Assembly: GCA_918797485.1 (NCBI GenBank)
Contig: CAKKNE010000004.1
Location: 4,836,001-4,900,000 of the forward strand
Source of the DNA: Pelagomonas calceolata
Lineage: Eukaryota
Reading direction: 5' to 3'
DNA length: 64,000 nt
This document shows, one piece after another, positions 48,801 to 60,800 of the stretch (positions are counted from its first letter, which is position 1; every line of letters starts with the position of its first letter). The notes beneath the pieces are model-generated. The model ran no database searches. It worked only from the letters and a program-made list of their open reading frames with translations, and was not told the DNA's origin. Made by a program: the position numbers and the translations under genes.

Positions 48801-51800
48801 TCGTCCGCGACCGAGTCCTCCTCGCCGCCGACGCAGGCGACCTGCTGCGGCGGCGCCTGCGGGACGACGGACCCGTCGGCCAGCTGCTGGCCGGCCATGA
48901 CGGCGTTCGCCGGGACGACGGTCCCGTCCGCGAGCGTCGCCGTCGCGCCCGGCGGCGGCGCCGGCATCACCGAGCCGTCGGCGAGCGGCGTGCCCGGCGG
49001 CACGGCCGCCGCCGCGACCACCGTCCCGTCGGCCAGCGTCACCATGGCGCCGGGCATGGCCGGCATGACGCCGCCGTTCGCGAGCTGCGCGCCCGGCGGC
49101 ACCTTGTCCGGGTCGCAGACCGTGCCGTCCGCGAGCTTGACCTTGGCGCCCGCGCGCACGGGCATCGTGCCGCCGTTGGCGAGCTTGGCGCCCGGCGGCG
49201 CGTCCTTGGCCCGGACCACGCGCCCGTCCGCCAGCGTGACCGTGGCCTCGGGGTCGTTCGAGACGGGCATGATGCCGCCGTCGGCGAGCGCCGTCCCCGG
49301 CGGCACGTCGGCGGCCGGCACGACGGAGCCGTCCGCCAGCGTCACCATCGCGCCCGCCGCGACGGGCATGACGCCGCCGCCCGCCAGGGCCGTGCCCACC
49401 GGCACCTGGTCCGCCGCGACGACGGTCCCGTCCGCGAGCGTCACGGTCGCGCCCGCCGCCGTCGGCATGACCGTCCCGCCCTTGAGGCGCGCGCCGGGCG
49501 GCACCTGGTCCGCGTCGACGACCGTCCCGTCGTGGAGCGTGACCTTCTGGCCCGGCGCCGCGGGCATCGTGCCGCCGCCGGCGAGCTTCGTGCCCGGGGG
49601 CACCTTGTCCGCGTCGACGACGGTCCCGTCGGCGAGCGTGACCTTGCCGCCCGGGGCGATGGGCATGACGCCGCCGTCCGCCAGCGGCGCGCCCGGCGGC
49701 ACCTCCGACGCCGGGACGCAGCGGCCGTCGGCGAGCTTCACCATCGCGCCGGGCGCCGCGGGCATGACGCCGCCGCCCGCGAGCTTGGCGCCGGGCGGCA
49801 CCGAGGCCGCGTCGCAGACCGTCCCGTCGGCGAGCGTGACCATCTGGCCCGCGCGCGGCGCCATGACCTGGCCGTCCGCGAGCGGCGTGCCCGGCGCGAC
49901 GTCCTTGGCCAGCACGACCGTGCCGTCGGCGAGCGTGACCGTCGCCGTCTCGTCGACGGCCATGGACCCGCCCCCCGCCAGGGCCGCGCCGGGCGGCGCG
50001 TCCTTCTTCGCGACGATCGTGCCGTCGGCGAGCATGACCGTCTCGCCGCGCGGCATCTTCGCGCCGCCCGCCAGCTCCGTCCCCGGCGGGACCTTGTCCA
50101 TGGGCATGACGCGGCCGTCGGCCAGCGTGACCATCGGGACGGGCGCGGGCATCGTCGCGCCGCCGGCGAGCGGCGTCCCCGCCGGCACCTCCGACGCGAG
50201 GACGACGCTCCCGTCGGCGAGCGTCACGACGGCGGCGCCCGGCGGGACGGCCGGCATCTTGCCGCCGCCGGCGAGCTTCGTGCCCGGGGGCACCTCGGAC
50301 GCCTTCATCTTCGTCCCGTCGGCCAGCGTCACGAACTCGTCGCCCTCGGCGGGCTTGGGCATGACGACGCCGCCGGCTAATTTGGTGCCGGGCTTGACCT
50401 TGGACGCGGGCATGACCGTCCCGTCCGCGAGCGTGACCATCTTCTCCTTGGGCGCGGGCATCGCCCCGCCGCCCGCGAGCGGCGTGCCGGGCTTGACGTC
50501 CTTGGCCGCCACGACCGTGCCGTCGGCGAGCGTGACCGTCTCGGACGCGCTCACGACGCTGCCGTCCGCCAACGTAATGACGGCGCCGCCCTGGACCGCC
50601 GGCATCGTCGCGCCGCCCTGGAGCGGCGTGCCCGGCTTCACGCTCGACGCGGGGACGACGCTCCCGTCGGCCAGCGTGACGACGGCCTCGCCTTGCTTAA
50701 CCTCGGGCATCGCCGCGCCGCCCTGGAGCGGCGTGCCGGGCTTCACCTCCGACGCCGCAACCCGAGTCCCGTCGGCCAGCGTCACCATGGGCACGGCGGC
50801 CTTCGACTTCACGCCGAACCCGATGAGCATCTTGGACTTGGCCTTGAGGGCCGCCCACTTGCTCATCTTGGGCTTGCCGCCTATTTTAATCTTGGGCGCC
50901 GGCTTGACGGTCTTGCCGTCGGGCATCGTCACCGTGCCGTCCTTGGCCGCCTCGGGCATCGTCGCGCCCCCCTGGAGCTTCGTCCCGGGCGGGACTGAGG
51001 AAGCGGGCACGACGCGGCCGTCGGCGAGGGTCACCGTGCCGCTCTCCTTGGCGTCGAATTTGGCCTTCGTCGCGGACATGGCGTTGTCGCAGACGCTCTT
51101 GTCGATGATGCCCTCGCCATCTTTATCCATGGTGTCGAAGACCTGGCGCGCGGCCATGAGGAAGCCCAGGGCGAACTCCTCGTCGGCCTTGGCCGCCGCT
51201 CGTTCTCTTCTATCCCTATCCTCGGCCAGATCTTCCAAACGCTTCGCGAGGCCGCGGTAGATGGCCTCCTCCCTGCGTGCGTTTGGAGTTAATCATTGAA
51301 AATGTAAAAAAGACGCGGCGTGACGCGCCATTCATCAATGTCGATCTCGCCGTCGCCGCTCACGTCGAGCACGCGCAGCGCCCGTCGGATGGTCTTCGGC
51401 CTTACTAAAAACTGCAGGTTCGGCTCGCCGCAGGTCTCGAGGAACTTGATGACCTTCTTGTTTCCTTTCTTGGGGTCCACGGCCTTCACGATCTCATCAA
51501 CGACGAGCGTGCCCGAGTCGTCTTCGTCCATGAGCTCGAAGACCTCGCGGGCGGCGGACAGGAACTCGGCCGTGAACTCGGCGATCTCCTTGCGCGCCGC
51601 GGCCGAGGACTTGGCGCGCCGCTCGGCCCGCGCGGCGAGCTTGGCCCGGAGCGCGACCTCGATGGCCTCCTCCCTGCGTCGTTATAGACCGGTGAGCCGC
51701 GAAAGCGACGGCGTACTTCTCCGCCACCAGCACGCCGCCGCCGCGTCGAAGGCGCCCCAAAATTTCAGACTCGGAAACGCGCCACTCGATCGCCGTGATC

Positions 51801-54800
51801 TCTCCATCACTATCCGTGTCGATGGCGGCCATGGCCGCGTCGAGGCGCGCGGGCACGAGCAGGTACTGCAAGTTCTCGTTGCCGCAGTTAATGAGGAATA
51901 AAACGACCGGGTTCGACTGCTCGCTCACGGCCTCGACGCTGCGGGGGGATCGCGCGGTAAGCACCGTGTCGCGTCGATGGCGTGTGAGCCGCGACGCGCG
52001 CGGGTTGAAGGACGGACGCTGCGCGCGGACATCTCCGCCTTGACGAGCGTGCCCGAGTTGTCCTTGTCGATCATCTGGAAGACCTGGCGGGCCATGCTCA
52101 GGAACTCGGCGCTGAACTCCTCGTCCTCGGCCGCCGCGGCGCGCGCCGCGCGCGCGCGCTCCTCGGACATCTGCTGCAGGCGCTTCGCGAGGCCGCGGTT
52201 GATCGCCTCCTCCCCTGTGCGCACATCAAAGAGTGAACCGGGTGTTCAGAGAACCGCACCGCCACGCCGCCGAGCGGGCGTCGCGTCGATCGGACGAGAA
52301 GTAAGACGCCGGAAGCAGTACATTCGTCGACGTCCACCTCGCCGTCGTTCGACGTGTCGAGGACCTTGAGCGCGCGCTCGAGGCGCTTCGGCTGGAGCAG
52401 GAACTGGAGGTTCGGCTCGCCGCACGTCCGCAGGAAGGAGACGACGGTTTCATTCGTCTGGACGGCCTCGACAATTTCAACCTTGGTCAGGGTCCCGCTG
52501 CAGTCGACGTCGATGAGGTCGAAGCACTTGCGGGCGGCGTTGAGGAACTCGTTGCTGAATTCTTCGATCTCCTTGGCCGCCCGCGCGGCCTCGAGCTCGC
52601 GCTTGGCCGCGCGGTCCGCGAGCTTGTTCGCGAGCGCGGTCTCGATGGCCTCCTCCCTGCGCGGAACGCCGACCGGTGAGCCTCGCGAGACGCGTTGACG
52701 CTCTCGCTGCCGTGGCGATGGCATACGTCTACGCCACCAGCACGCCATCACCGCAACACGTCATCGCCGCGTCGAAGGCACCCCAAATTTTAGAACTCCG
52801 AAGCGCACCACTCGACCATGTCGATGTGCCCGTCCCTATCGGTATCGAGCGTGGCGAGCGCCGACTCGAGGCGCGCCGGGATCAACAAGTACTGCAAGTT
52901 TTTGTTGCCGCAGTTAACAAGGAACTTGATCACTTTTTGGTTATTCTTCACCTGTGACCATCGACCGGTGAGTTACCGCTCGTTTCCGCCGCGAGTCGAA
53001 GGCACCTTCACGACGGACGCGGGAGACGGACGGCGTCGACAATCTCCGCCTTCTCCAGGTCGCCCGACTCGTCCACGTCGATCATTATGAATACCTATGG
53101 GGAGGGCGCGTTAAGGTCGACACGCGACATGACACCAAAGCAACAACGCGCGCGCGGGGAAGTGGGTTTGATTGGACGCGGCGAGCGGACCTCTCGCGCG
53201 GCGTTCAAGAATTCGGTCGTGAACTCCTCGTCGGCGGCCATCGCCGCCCGGTCGCGGCGCTCGCGCTCGATGGCCAGCTGCTCCAGGCGCTTCGCGAGGC
53301 CGCGCTGGATCGCGAGCTCCCTGCGTGCGTCCGGAGTTATGCCTCCACGCGGCGGCGACGACGCGTCGATGGCGTCGAGGCAACGTCAGGCGACGTCGAC
53401 GCGAGTCTCAGAGTCACCCCATGTAACAAGCGACATGAAACCATGGAGGACGCCGCGCGACGCGCCATTCATGAATATCAATCTCGCCCGAGCCGTCCTC
53501 GTCGAGCACTTCCAGCGCCTTCTTGAGGCGCGCGGGCCGCGTGAGGAACTGGAGGTTCGGCTCGCCGCACGTCTCGAGGAACTTGATCACTTCCTTGTCT
53601 TCCTTGACGGCAGTCACGATCTCGTCCGTGCTCAGCGTGCCGCCGCCGTCCTTGTCGATCAATTCGAAGCAGCGCCGGGCCGCCGAGAGGAACTGGCCCG
53701 TGAATTCTGCGATTTCTTTTTGAGCGCGCTTGGCGTCGGCCTCGCGCTTCGCTGCGCGCGCGGCGAGCTTGTTGTTCAGCGCGATTTCGATGCACTCCTC
53801 CCACTCGTCGGCGTCGATGTGCCCATCTCTATCGGTATCCATCGCGTTCAGCGCCGCGTCGAGGCGCGACGGCACGAGCAGGTACTGGAGGTTCTTGTTG
53901 CCGCAGTTCGTGAGGAAATTAATGACTTCCTTGTCCGCCCGGACGGCCTGCACGATCTCGGGCTTCTCTAGGGTCCCGGACCCGTCCTTGTCGATCAGGT
54001 CGAAGCACTTGCGCGCCATCGAGAGGAACTCGGCGCTGAACTCGGCGTCCGCCTTGGCCGCCGCGCGCTCCCGCCGCTCGCGCTCCGCGGCCAGCTGGGC
54101 GAGCCGCTTCGAGAGGCCGCGCTGGATCGCTTGCTCCCTGCGCGCGACCGGCGTTATGTTTGTACGCGTCGATGGCGTCGATGGCGTGTGAACCGTGAAG
54201 GACGCCGCGTAACGCACCACTCCTCGACGTCGATCTCTCCCGAGCCGTCCTCGTCGAGGACCTCGAGGGCCTTCTTGAGGCGCGCGGGCTGCAGCAGGAA
54301 CTGCAGGTTCTCCTCGCCGCAGTTCCTGAGGAATGTAATGACTTCCTCATCCGTCTTCACGGCGTTTACGATCTCAGCAGTAGACAGCGTGCCGCCGCCG
54401 TCCTTGTCGATGAGCTCGAAGCACTTCCGAGCCGCGTTCAAGAAATCGCCCGTGAATTCCGCAATCTCGCGCTGCGCCGCAAGGGCGTCGAGCTCCCGCT
54501 TCGCCGCGCGCTCGGCCAGCTTGTTTTTAAGCGCGATCTCGATACACTCCTCCCACTCATCGATGTCGATGTGGCCGTCGCGGTCCGTGTCCATCTCGTT
54601 AAGCGCCTTGTCGAGGCGCGACGGGACCAACAAGTACTGCAAGTTTTTGTTGCCGCAGTTGACGAGAAATTTGATCACTTTTTGGTTCCTGCGTCGTGTG
54701 CGTGTGAGTCTTCTCTCGTCTCGCGACGGCGCGTCACTTCTCCATGCAATGGTCTCGCGCGAGCACGGCATATTCTCCGCGCGCAAGTTGAAAACAGAGA

Positions 54801-57800
54801 GGACGCTGTGCCAATCACCCTTGAATTGCCTCAACAATCTCAGGCTTCTCGAGCGTGCCCGACTCGTCATCGTCGATCATCGTAAATACCTCTCTGGCCG
54901 CGTTCAAAAACTCGAGACTGAACTCTTCATCGGCTTTCTCGGCCGCGCGCTGGCGGCGCTCGCGCTCCTCGGCGAGCTGCGCGAGGCGTTTCTTCAGGCC
55001 GCGCTGGATGGCCGACTCCCTGTGTGCGTACGATGTCATGTCGATACGTAGCGGCAACGACGTCGATGGCGTCGAAGCGACGTCATGCGCCGTCGACGCG
55101 GCCGCGAGAGAGTCTATATGTGATCACGGACGCCGCAAGACGCGCCATTCCTCAATGTCAATTTCCCCCGAGCCGTCCTCGTCAAGCACCTCCAACGCCT
55201 TCTTGAGGCGCGGCGGGTGGAGGAGGAACTGCAGATTTTCCTCGCCGCAGGTCCTGAGGAATGTGATGACTTCCTGCGCGTGGAAAGGAAGTGGTGACGA
55301 CTGGGCCGATCGCAGAGTCCCCGCAAGCCTCGCAAGTTGAAGGGCGCGCGGTCGTAGGACGCCGCGTTCGCGCCGCATCTTCCTTCACCGCCTTCACGAT
55401 CTCAGCAGTAGACAGCGTGCCGCCGCCGTCCTTGTCGATCATTTCAAAGCAATGCCGCGCCGCGTTGAGGAACTCGCCCGTAAATTCCGCAATCTCCTTC
55501 GCCGCCGCCTTGCGCTGCGCCTCGCGCGCGGCGGCCCGCTGCGCCAGCTTGTTGGACAGCGCGGTCTCGATCGCGTCCTCCCACTCGGAGAGCGAGAACT
55601 CCCCGTCCCTATCAGTATCCATCTGGGCCAGCGCCGAGTCGAGGCGCGCGGGCACCAGGAGATACTGGAGGTTCTTGTTGCCGCAGTTCGTGAGGAAGTC
55701 GATCACTTTCTTGTCAGCCCTGACGGACTTCACGATCTCCTCGCGGTCGAGCGACCCGGAGTCGTCCTTGTCGATCATCAGGAACACTTCCCGGGCGGCG
55801 TTGAGGAACTCGGCGCTGAACTCAGCGTCGGCCTTCTCCGCCGCGCGCGCCGCGCGGGCGCGCTCGTCGGCCATCTGCTCCAGCCGCTTCGCGAGGCCCC
55901 GGTTGATCGCGGCCTCCCTGCGCGCGTCCGGAGTCGTGCCTCTACGCGGCGGCGACGACGCGTCGATGGCGTCGAGGCGACGTCAGAAGAACGGCCTGAA
56001 GCCATGGGGGACGCCGCGCGACGCGCCACTCGTCGACGTCGAGCTCGCCGGAGCCGTCCGTGTCGAGGTAGTCCAGCGACTTCTTGAGGCGCGCGGGCAC
56101 GAGCAAAAACTGCAAGTTCTCCTCGCCGCACGTCTTCAGGAAGTGGATCACGTCCTGCGAACGGCGCGAAGTGTGACGCCGTCGTTCGGTTGTTCCCGCA
56201 CCACCACACACGAAGTTGAAGGGCGCGCGGTCGTAGGACGCCGCGTTCGCGACCTTGTCCTCCTTCACGGCAGTCACGATCTCGTCCGTGCTCAGCGTGC
56301 CGCCGCCGTCCTTGTCGATCATCTGGAAGCACTTGCGCGCGGCGTTCTTGAAATCGTTCGTAAATTCCTCGATCTCCTTGTTGGCCTGCTTGGCCTCGAG
56401 CTCGCGCTTGGCCGCCCTTTCCGCGAGCTTGTTCGCGAGGGCGACCTCGATGCACTCTTCCCATTCGTCGATGTCCACGTGGCCGTCGTTGTCCGTGTCC
56501 ATCGCCGCGAGGGCGGCCTCGAGGCGCGACGGGACCAGCAGGTACTGAAGATTTTTATTGCCGCAGTTGATCAAAAATTTGATAACTTTTTGGTTCGACT
56601 GGACAGCTGTGACGCTGCGGGGGAATCGGGCGGTGAGTAAGGCGTCGCGTCGATGGCGTATGAGCGGCCCCAGACTCTACGGACGGCTAGAGCGGCCGCC
56701 GACCTCGCGCCATCGCCGCGACGCGCGCGGGCTGAAGGATGGACGCTGCGCGCGGACATCTCGGCCTTCTCGAGCGTGCCGGACTGGTCGTCGTCGATCA
56801 TCTCGAAGCACTTGCGCGCCGCGTTGAGGAACTCATTGCTGAACTCGGCGTCGGCCTTCTCCGCCGCGCGCTCGCGCCGCTCGCGCTCGGCGGCGAGCTG
56901 CTCGAGGCGCTTCGCGAGGCCGCGGGAGATGGCTTCGTCCCTGCGCGCAGCGACCGGTGAGCTTCGGACGAGGACCGTCGCGTCGATGGCGTCGCAGGTT
57001 GGAAGGTATGACCGCGTGATGCCGGTGATGGAAAGGACGCCGCCAGACGCACCACTCCTCCTTGTCAATCTCGCCGCTCTGGTCCGTGTCGAGGAAGTGC
57101 AGGGCCTTCTTGAGGCGCGGCGGGTGGAGCAGGAACATCAGGTTGTCGTCTCCGCAGTTGCTGATGAATTTAATCACTTCGGCGTTATTCTTCACGGCAT
57201 CGACCTGTGTGGAAATCAACCAGTCAGTCCAGTCCCGTGCCCGCGGCCGTGCTGAATCGATCGGTTGATTGATGCACAGGCCTAGACGATCTCGTCGATC
57301 GAGAGCGATCCGCCGCCGTCCTTGTCGATGAGCTCGAAGCAACGCTGGGCGGCGGAGAGGAACTCGCCAGTGAACTCGGCGATTTCTTTCATCGCGGCCT
57401 TGCTCTGTGCCTCGCGCGCGGCGGCGCGCTGCTCGAGCTTGTTCGCGAGCGCCTTCTCGATGCACTCCTCCCTGCGCGGAACATCGACCGGTGAGCCGGG
57501 AGACGCGTCGACGCGCTCTTGCGGCCGCGGCGACGGCGTACTTCTACGCCACAAGCACGACATCGCCGCGTCGAAGGCACCCCCAAGTTGCAGACTCCGA
57601 AACGCACCACTCGTCCGCGTCGATGGTGCCGTCGTGATCCGTGTCCATCTGCGCGAGCGCAGACTCGAGGCGCGACGGGACCAACAGGTGCTGGAGATTC
57701 TTGTTGCCGCAGTCGGTCAAAAACTTGATCACCTCCCTGTTCGCCCGGACGGCGGTCACAATCTCAGCCTTCTCGAGCGTGCCGGAGTCGTCGTCGTCGA

Positions 57801-60800
57801 TCATCTGGAAGACCTTGCGCGCCGCGGTCAGGAACTCGGCGCTGAACTCCTCGTCAGCCGCCGCCGCCGCGCGCTCGCGCCGCTCGCGCTCCTTCGCCAT
57901 CTGCTCCAGGCGCTTCGCGAGGCCGCGGTTGATCGCTGTCTCCCCTGTGCGCAAATCAACCAGTGAGTCGGGTGTGCCCGATCAGAAAACCGCATCGCCA
58001 CACCGTCGAGCAGGCGTCGCGTCGATGGCGTCAGGTCACGATTCAAGACGCCGGGGCAGTACATTCGTCAACATCTACTTCTCCGGAACCGTCCGTGTCC
58101 AGGACCTCGAGCGCCTTCTTGAGGCGCGGCGGGTGCAGCAGGAACATCAGGTTCTCCTCGCCGCACGTCTTGAGGAAGGATATCACTTCCTGGTCCGACT
58201 TTACGGCTTCAACGATTTCCGTGATTGAAAGCGTGCCGCCGCCGTCCTTGTCGATCAACTCAAAGCAGCGCCGCGCGGCGTTTTTGAAGTCGAGCGTGAA
58301 CTCTTCGATCTCCTTTTGCGCCGCCTTGGCCTGCATCTCGCGCTTGGCCGCGCGGTCCGCGAGCTTGTTCGACAGCGCGACCTCGATGGCCTCCTCCCTG
58401 CGTTGTTATAGACCGGTGAGCCGCGTCGACGCCATCGCCGCGTCGAAGGCGCCCCAAAGTTTCAGGCTCCGAAACGCACCACTCGCCCTCGTCGATGTGG
58501 CCGTCGCGATCCGTGTCCATCTGCACGAGCGCCGACTCGAGGCGCGCCGGGACGAGGAGGTATTGGAGGTTCGGGTTGCCGCAGTTGACGAGGAACTTGA
58601 TGACGCGTTGGTTGCACTTGACGGCCGTGACGATCTCCTGTTTCTCGAGCGTGCCACTGCCGTCGTCGTCGATCATTTGGAAAACTTTACGAGCCGCGTT
58701 CAGGAACTCCGTGCTGAACTCGGCGTCCGCGCGGAGGGCCGCCCTTTCCCTCCGCTCGCGCTCCATTGCCAGCTGCTCCAAGCGCTTCGAGAGGCCGCGC
58801 TGGATGGCCTCGTCCCTGCGCGCAGCGACCGGTGAGCTTCGGACGAGAACCGTCGCGTCGATGGCGTCCCAGGTTGGAAAGTATGACCGCGTGTAGCCGG
58901 TGATAGAAAGGACGCCGCCAGACGCACCACTCCTTCTCGTCGACCTCGCCGGAGTTGTCCGTGTCCAGGATTTCGAGCGCCTTCTGCAACCGCGGCGGGT
59001 GGAGGAGGAACTGCAAATTTTCCTCGCCGCACGTCGTCAGGAACCTGATGACTTCCTGGTCGGTCTTGACCTGTGTTTCGTCGACCGGTGAGTGACCGTT
59101 CGGGAGTGCGCGCCCGGCCGGGCCCGCGTCGATGGCGTACAGGTGGCGATCAGTCGAAGGCACCTTCACGGCGAACGCGGACCACGCACGGCCTCCACGA
59201 TCTCCTGCTTGGACAGCGAACCGCCGCAGTCCTTGTCGATGAGCTGGAAGCACTGCCGGGCGGCGGAAAGGAACTCGCCGGTAAATTCTGCGATTTCTTT
59301 CTGTGCCGCCTTCGCCTGCGCTTCGCGGGCCGCGGCCCTCTGCTCGAGCTTGTTCTGCAGCGCGATCTCGATGCACGTCTCCCATTCACACAAATCAATA
59401 TGCCCATCGTGATCCGTGTCCATCGCCGCGAGGGCGGCCTGGAGGCGGTTCGGCACGAGCAGATACTGCAGGTTCTTATTGCCGCAGTTGACGAGGAAAT
59501 TAATCACTTCCTGATCCGCCCTCACGGCACGCACCTGTGCGTAAACAAATCAGTGAGTCCAACGCACGAAGGCCACGATTAAGCCGTGCACTGGCGCGCA
59601 CGATCTCCTCCTTCTCGAGCGTGCCGGACTCGTCCTTATCGATCATCTCGAAGCATCGGCGAGCCGCGTTAAGGAACTCAGTGCTGAATTCGGCATCGTC
59701 CCTTAAGGCTGCCCGTTCCCTCCGCTCGCGCTCGATGGCGAGCTGCTCCAGGCGCTTCGCCAGGCCCTTGTTGATGGCCGTCTCCCACTCCTCGACGTCG
59801 ATTTCGCCCGACCCGTCGGCGTCCAGGGCCTCCAGCGCCTTCTTGAGGCGCGGCGGGTGCAGCAGGAACATTAGATTCTCCTCGCCGCACGTCTTGAGGA
59901 AAGAAATGACTTCCTGGTCCGACTTTACGGCTTCTACAATCTCCGAGTGGCTCAGGGTCCCGCCGCCGTCCTTGTCGATGAGCTGGAAGCAGCGCCGGGC
60001 GGCCGACTTGAACTCCGCAGTGAATTCTTCGATTTCCTTTTGCGCGGCCTTGGCCTGCAGCTCGCGCCTCGCCGCGCGCTCGGCCAGCTTGTTCGCCAGC
60101 GCCGATTCGATGCAGGCCTCCCTGCGCGGAACATCAACCGGTAAGCATCGGCACGCCATCGCCGCATCGAAGGCACCCCAAAGTTGCAGACTCCGAAACG
60201 CGCCACTCGACCGCGTCGATGTGGCCGTCCCGATCGGTGTCGAGCACCGCGAGCGTGGCCTCGAGGCGCGAGGGCACGAGCAGGTTCTGCAGGTTCGGCT
60301 CGCCGCAGTTGACGAGGAACTTGATCACTTTCTGCGATGGAAACGACGTGTGAAGCGGTCGTTGGATGATCCCGCACCACCACACACCAAACACACGAAA
60401 ACAGCAGTTCCGCAGACCACGGAGTCCTCGCAAGTTGAAGTTCGCGCGGTCGTAGGACGCCGCGTTCGCGACCTGGTTCGACTTGACTGCCACGACAATT
60501 TCTTGTTTTTCGAGGTCGCCGCTCTCGTCGACGTCGATCATGTTGAATACCGCCCGCGCCGCGCTCAAGAACTCGGCAGTGAATTCGGCGTCGGCCGCCA
60601 GAGCCGCGCGCTCGCGGCGCTCGCGCTCGTCGGCCAGCTGCTGCAGCCGCTTCGCGAGGCCGCGGTTGATGGCTTCCTCCCACTCTTCGCGATCCACTTC
60701 GCCCGATTTGTCGGTGTCCAAGATTTCGAGCGCCTTCTGCAGGCGCGGCGGGTGCAGCAAGAACTGCAAGTTCTCCTCGCCGCAGTTGGACAGGAAGTGG

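Noticed and set aside
48845..51040. Functional intein
   Set aside because: There is no N-terminal Cys/Ser block, TxxH or terminal His-Asn; only a short motif resemblance, repeated in tandem.
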